Source: an uncultured Chloroflexia bacterium
GTDB taxonomy: Bacteria; Chloroflexota; Limnocylindria; Limnocylindrales; CSP1-4
Assembly: GCA_963734535.1 (NCBI GenBank)
Contig: CAVTHS010000008.1
Coordinates: forward strand, 224,001 to 288,000
Length of the DNA stretch: 64,000 bases
Direction: 5' to 3'
A program made the translations under genes and the position numbers. Within the stretch, counting starts at the first letter, position 1. Every line of letters starts with the position of its first letter. Below the pieces are notes generated by a model. The model had not been told where the DNA came from. It was given only the letters and a program-made list of their open reading frames with translations, and did not search any database. Positions 59,477 to 64,000 of this stretch are shown here, piece by piece.

Positions 59477-59920
59477 ATGATCATCGGCTTTGGGTGTGAC
59501 CCGAACGCGACCGAGCTGAAACTGGTCCTCATGGCATTCGCTCGAGAACTTGGGCATGAGGTGCTCGACTACGGGTCCGATGACCCGATCTACCCGCACA
59601 CCGCGATCAAGGTCGCTCACGAGGTGGTCGCCGGACGGGTCGACCGGGGGGTAGTCCTATGTGGGACGGGAATCGGGGTCTCGATCGCCGCCAACAAAGT
59701 TGCGGGGGCCTACTGCGCACTGCTTGGTGACGTCTACCAGGCCCAACGCGCCCAACTGAGCAACAACGCGAACATGATCGCGATGGGTGCCCAGGTGGTC
59801 GGCGTCGAGGTGGCGAAATGCCTCCTCGCCGAGTACCTGGGTCACAGCTTCGACCCAGCCTCGAGGAGCGCGCCCAAGGTCGCCGCGATTTACGAGTACG
59901 AATTGAGCCAGGCGCGGTGA
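59477..59920 (+). CDS. RpiB/LacAB-family sugar-phosphate isomerase (DerI-like)
   Basis: LCGTGIGVSIAANKVAG, LSNNAN, MGAQVVG. Confidence 0.9.
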   Translation: MIIGFGCDPNATELKLVLMAFARELGHEVLDYGSDDPIYPHTAIKVAHEVVAGRVDRGVVLCGTGIGVSIAANKVAGAYCALLGDVYQAQRAQLSNNANMIAMGAQVVGVEVAKCLLAEYLGHSFDPASRSAPKVAAIYEYELSQAR

Positions 59921-60771
59921 GCCTTACGACTCCAGAGCTCGCCCTTACCGCGGCCAGGGCGCGACGGCTGGTGCTTCGCATGATCGAGGCAGGCCGCTCG
60001 GGTCACGTTGGCGGCGCCATGTCGGCGATCGACATCGTGACCGCGCTCTACTTCGACGAGCTCTCCATCGACCCCGCAAACCCGTTGGCGCCTGGCCGCG
60101 ACCGCTTTGTACTCTCGGCGGGCCACAAGGCCATGGCCCAGTACGCCGTGCTCGCGCTCGCGGGTTTCTTCCCCGTCGAGATCCTGGACACGTACGGTTC
60201 CCTCGAGAAGTCCAGTCCCAGGTCACCCGGACATGCACAAGCTTCCCGGCATCGAGGCGAACACCGGAGCCCTGGGCCACGGGCTTGCGATCGCATGTGG
60301 CATGGCCCTCGGAGCCCGGCTCGACCGGAGCGCACGCTCGCGTGTTCGTCGTGATGGGCGACGGCGAGCTCCCGGAGGGGTCCAACTGGGAGGGCGCCGC
60401 GATTGCCGCCCACCACGGGCTCGACAACATCGTGGTGTTCGTCGACGCGAACGGGCTGCAGATCAGCGGTACGCACGCGCGACGTCATGAACATGGCGCC
60501 GATCGCCCGGAAGTTCCGCGCCTTCGGGTGGGCAGTGGACGAGATCGACGGCAACGACATGTCGCAGATCGTCGAGGTTCTTGCGCGTGTTCCCCTCGCC
60601 GCCGGCAAGCCCACCGCGTTCGTCGCGCATACCGTGAAGGCCAAGGGCATCTCATCCCTCGAGGGCCTGGGGGAATCGCACTACTGGAAGCCGACTCAGG
60701 CGGAGCTGACGGCGGCGATCCTGGAGGCCGACGAGCGGGTCGTGGCGCTGCAGTTGGAGGCTGCGCGATGA
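59917..60771 (+). CDS. Transketolase N-terminal subunit, frameshifted
   Basis: SGHVGG, DRFVLSAGH, GHPD, TGALGHG, GDGELPEGSNWE. Confidence 0.9.
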
Positions 60772-61701
60772 TCGGCGAACCGTACGACCCGCGCAAGACG
60801 TTCGGGGCTGCCGTCACGCGGGAGGCCGAGCTCGACGAGAGGATCCTCGTCCTGTCGGCGGACAGCGGAGGGTCGTCGGGGCTTGGCGAATTCCAGCGGA
60901 AGTTCCCCGACCGGTACCTGGAGTTCGGGATCCAGGAGCAGGGCACCACCGGCGTGGCCGCCGGCCTTGCCATCATGGGCAAGATCCCCATCTTCTGCGC
61001 GATCGCCCCGTTCGTGACCTGCCGCAACTTCGAGCAGTTCCGCAACGACCTGGGCTACATGAACCAGAACGTCAAGATCGTGGGCAGGAACGGTGGGTTC
61101 ACCTACGCCGACCTCGGGATCGACGCACCACTCGCTCGAGGACTACGCACTCATGCGGATGATCCCGGGGGTGACCGTGCTGGCCCCCCAGGACGCCGGG
61201 GAGATCCGCGGTGCGGTCCATGCCATGTTGCAGCTCAAGGGCCCCGTGTACATGCGGATCGGCAACGGCCCTGTCCCGCAGCTCTTCCCCGATGACGACT
61301 TCGTGATCGGGAAGGGCAGGCGCGTGCGCGAGGGCTACGACGTCACGGTGATCTCTACCGGGTACACCACCGTCGCGGTGATCGAGGCCGTCGACGCTTT
61401 GATCGCACGAGGTATGGGAATCGACCTTCTTTGCCTCGGGACCGTCACGCCCCTTGATGAGGAGCTCATCGTGGAGTCGGCCCATCGCACGGGGCAGGTC
61501 ATCACGGTGGAGGAGCACTACCCGCTCGGCGGCCTCGGGGGCGCGGTCGCTGAGCTCCTCAGCGGGAGGTTGCCCGTTGTCATCGACCGGGTGGCTGTGC
61601 CGCACGAGTACGTGACCACGGGACCGTACGCGGAGATCCTCCAGAGCTACGGTCTCGACGCCGCCGGGCTGGAACTCAAGATCCAGGAGCTCGTCGGCTA
61701 G
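60768..61701 (+). CDS. Transketolase C-terminal subunit, frameshifted
   Basis: FGIQEQ, EQFRND, THHSLED, GPVYMR, TVEEH...GGLG. Confidence 0.9.
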
Positions 61702-61975
61702 CGTCCTGGGGCCCCTTCCCGAAGAGGAGACGCGGCCGCGGGTGCTCTCACGGGGTCGGTCTTGCGATTCGTCCCGATCGACGCCCCCTCGATCGAGGGG
61801 AGGCGTCCGCGAGTCCGTTGGTCCCGGGCACGTCCGGACAATTCCTTGACGCTATGTTGACGGTTGGGGAGCCGTACTCCGATCTACACTCGCAGGTAAG
61901 TCGCATCCCGGCCGCAACGTTTTCCGGCGCGCCCGCCAGCACCAACTTGCCGGCGCTCCGACGGAGGGTGCTCAC

Positions 61976-62828
61976 GTGCCAGTTGTGCCGACGAGGCAGA
62001 TACTCGATCGCGCGTTCGCCGGGGGGTACGGTGTGGCGGCCATCAACGTCATCAACGACCTCTCGATGGAAGCGGTTCTGGCCGCCGCCGAGGAGCTCAA
62101 TGCCCCGGTCATCGTCCAGACCTCGCCCAAGCACGTGATGATGACCGGCCTTGACGCGATGTACGCGATGTGGCTCGCATACACGAAGGACGTGCGCGTC
62201 CCGGTCGCGCTCCACCTGGACCACTGCCCCGAGCGGGACATGATCAGCGCCTGCCTGGCGAAGGGCTGGAGCTCGGTCCTCTTCGACGCCAGCAAGCTCT
62301 CCGTCGAGGAGAACCAGCGGCAGTGCATCGAGGTCGTCGCCGAGGCCCGCCGCTACGGTGCCGACGTCGAGGGCGAGATCGAGGGCTTCAAGCGAACCGA
62401 GGAGATGACCGGCGACGAGGCACAGCACGTGCAGAGCCTCGAGACGGTCGTCGAGTTCGTGCGCGCCACCGGCGTCGACGTCTTCGCGCCGGCGATCGGC
62501 AACGCCCACGGCACGTACACAGACGGCGCCCACGCTCGACGCCCAGCGGGTGAGCGACATCGTGGCGGCAACCGGCAAGCCCGTCGCCCTCCACGGCGGG
62601 ACGGGCATGAGCGCCGAGCAGTTCAGCGACCTGATCGGGCGCGGCTGCGCCAAGGTGAACATCTCCACGGCCCTGAAGATCGCGTTCATGAAGTCCGGCT
62701 TCGACTTCATGACGGAGCACCCGGGCGACTACGATCCGCCGAGGCTCTTCGCGGCCCAGCGGACCGCCGTCATGGAGATGGCGAAGTACCACATCCGCCT
62801 CTTCGGGAGCGAGGGCAAGGCGTGGTGA
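61976..62828 (+). CDS. Class II ketose-bisphosphate aldolase, copy 2, frameshifted near 62525
   Basis: [32 protein letters not shown]. Confidence 0.9.
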
Positions 62829-63598
62829 GCGCGCTCGTCTTCGACTGCGACGGCGTGCTCGCCGACACGGAGCGCCACGGCCACCTGCCCGCCTTCAACC
62901 AGACCTTCCGGGAGTTCGGGCTGCCGGTGCAGTGGTCGGTCGAGGAATACGGCCGGCGCCTCAGGATCGGCGGCGGCAAGGAGCGCATGGCCAGCCTGCT
63001 CACGCCGGAGTTCGTGGCCGCGGCCGGCCTGCCCACGGACCCCGACGCGCAGGCCGCCGAGATCGCGAAGTGGCACAAGCGCAAGACGGCCATCTACACG
63101 GAGATGGTGGCGGAGGGCAAGCTTCCGCCGCGGCCCGGGATCCGCCGCGTGATCACGGCCGCCCAGGACGCGGGCTGGAAGCTGGGCGTCGCGTCGACCT
63201 CGGCCGAGGCCGCGGTCCACGCCATCCTCGACTACGCGGTCGGCCCCGAACGGGCTGCCCGCTTCGACGTCTTCCTCGCCGGCGACTGCGTTCCGCGCAA
63301 GAAGCCGGCGCCCGACATCTATCTCCTCGCGCTCGAGAAGCTCGGCGTCGGCCCGGCCGAGGTGCTCGTGGTCGAGGACTCGCGAAATGGCCTCGAGGCA
63401 GCCGCGGCGGCCGGCCTGCGCTGTCTCGTCACGGTCAACGGCTACACGGAGAACGAGGACTTCCGCGAGGCGATCCTCGTCGTGTCGTCGCTCGGCGACC
63501 CCGACGGGGAGACCACCACGCTCCTGGCCAACCGCTCGGCCGCCAATCCCGGCGCATACGTGGCGCTCGCCGACCTGGAGGCCTGCCTGGCCTCGTAG
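62825..63598 (+). CDS. HAD phosphatase (CbbY-like)
   Basis: [41 protein letters not shown]. Confidence 0.9.
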   Translation: MSALVFDCDGVLADTERHGHLPAFNQTFREFGLPVQWSVEEYGRRLRIGGGKERMASLLTPEFVAAAGLPTDPDAQAAEIAKWHKRKTAIYTEMVAEGKLPPRPGIRRVITAAQDAGWKLGVASTSAEAAVHAILDYAVGPERAARFDVFLAGDCVPRKKPAPDIYLLALEKLGVGPAEVLVVEDSRNGLEAAAAAGLRCLVTVNGYTENEDFREAILVVSSLGDPDGETTTLLANRSAANPGAYVALADLEACLAS

Positions 63599-63639
63599 CG
63601 CTCCCGGCAGCCCGCACCCAACCCAGAAGGGAGGCTCGC

Positions 63640-64000
63640 ATGGCACAAGCGTCGATCGACGATCTCGACCTCGTCCTCATGACGATGGCGAAGACGATCG
63701 TCGACAACGCGGACTACTTCGCGCACCTGGACTCGATCGTCGGGGACGGCGATTTCGGGTACTCGCTCCGGAACGGCTGGGAGGTCGTCCTCAGCGACTA
63801 CGACGGATTCGACCATTCCAGCGCGGGAGCGCTCCTCAAGAAGGTCGGCCTCACGCTGACCAGCAAGGTCGGCGGCGTCAGCGGACCGATCTGGGGCACC
63901 GCATTCCTTCGCGCCGGCGTTGCCGCGGGCGACAGGACGGAGCTCGCGCCCGAGGACGTGATCGCGATCCTGCGAGCAGCCATCACCGGGATCATGGCCC
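63640..64000 (+). CDS. dhaL: Dihydroxyacetone kinase L subunit (truncated by the window)
   Basis: Manual translation: MAQASIDDL...LDSIVGDGDFGYSL...KVGGVSGPIWGTAF. Confidence 0.9.
   Translation, partial: MAQASIDDLDLVLMTMAKTIVDNADYFAHLDSIVGDGDFGYSLRNGWEVVLSDYDGFDHSSAGALLKKVGLTLTSKVGGVSGPIWGTAFLRAGVAAGDRTELAPEDVIAILRAAITGIMA

Noticed and set aside
61976-63598. FBA-HAD fusion (540 aa)
   Set aside because: A frameshift near 62525 explains it; the FBA C-terminus is in another frame ending at 62828, overlapping the HAD start

Overview
A gene-dense, very GC-rich bacterial segment. Gene content suggests Chloroflexota or a similar Terrabacteria lineage (inference). Many single-base indels split otherwise intact genes, which looks like long-read consensus error. 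From start to end: (1) 1-7.3 kb housekeeping genes (OmpR-type regulator, gltX, an atypical DtxR, J-domain protein, class 3 asparaginase, upp, LLM oxidoreductase); (2) arr rifampicin ADP-ribosyltransferase, then a ~13 kb co-oriented arsenic/metalloid island with no arsC or arsM. The island has 2 ArsR, ArsP, Acr3, ArsD and ArsA, mixed with two TauE and one TDT exporter, a CDF, an FmdE-like protein, small CxxC thioredoxins, a CCG-domain Fe-S protein between arsD and arsA, and two Cys-tailed YlbF-like proteins; (3) a reductive pyrimidine catabolism cluster with an F420-type LLM enzyme where a dihydropyrimidine dehydrogenase would be expected; (4) a degenerate second lgt, amidohydrolase, lipoprotein, S53 peptidase, damaged mdh, vapBC, lgt-cbs-cgl, ECF sigma/anti-sigma, and Lrp with a divergent unannotated small ORF; (5) a HAD/alkyl-DHAP-synthase-like/glpK/glpD/yhfZ cluster preceded by a 93-bp tandem repeat that appears to be coding; (6) a SorC-regulated catabolic locus for an unknown sugar or polyol, with visible tandem operators, running into dhaL at the window edge. 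No rRNA, tRNA, CRISPR array or transposase was seen. The best candidates for an undescribed system are the arsenic-sulfur redox island and the SorC-controlled sugar pathway with its unclassified permease.
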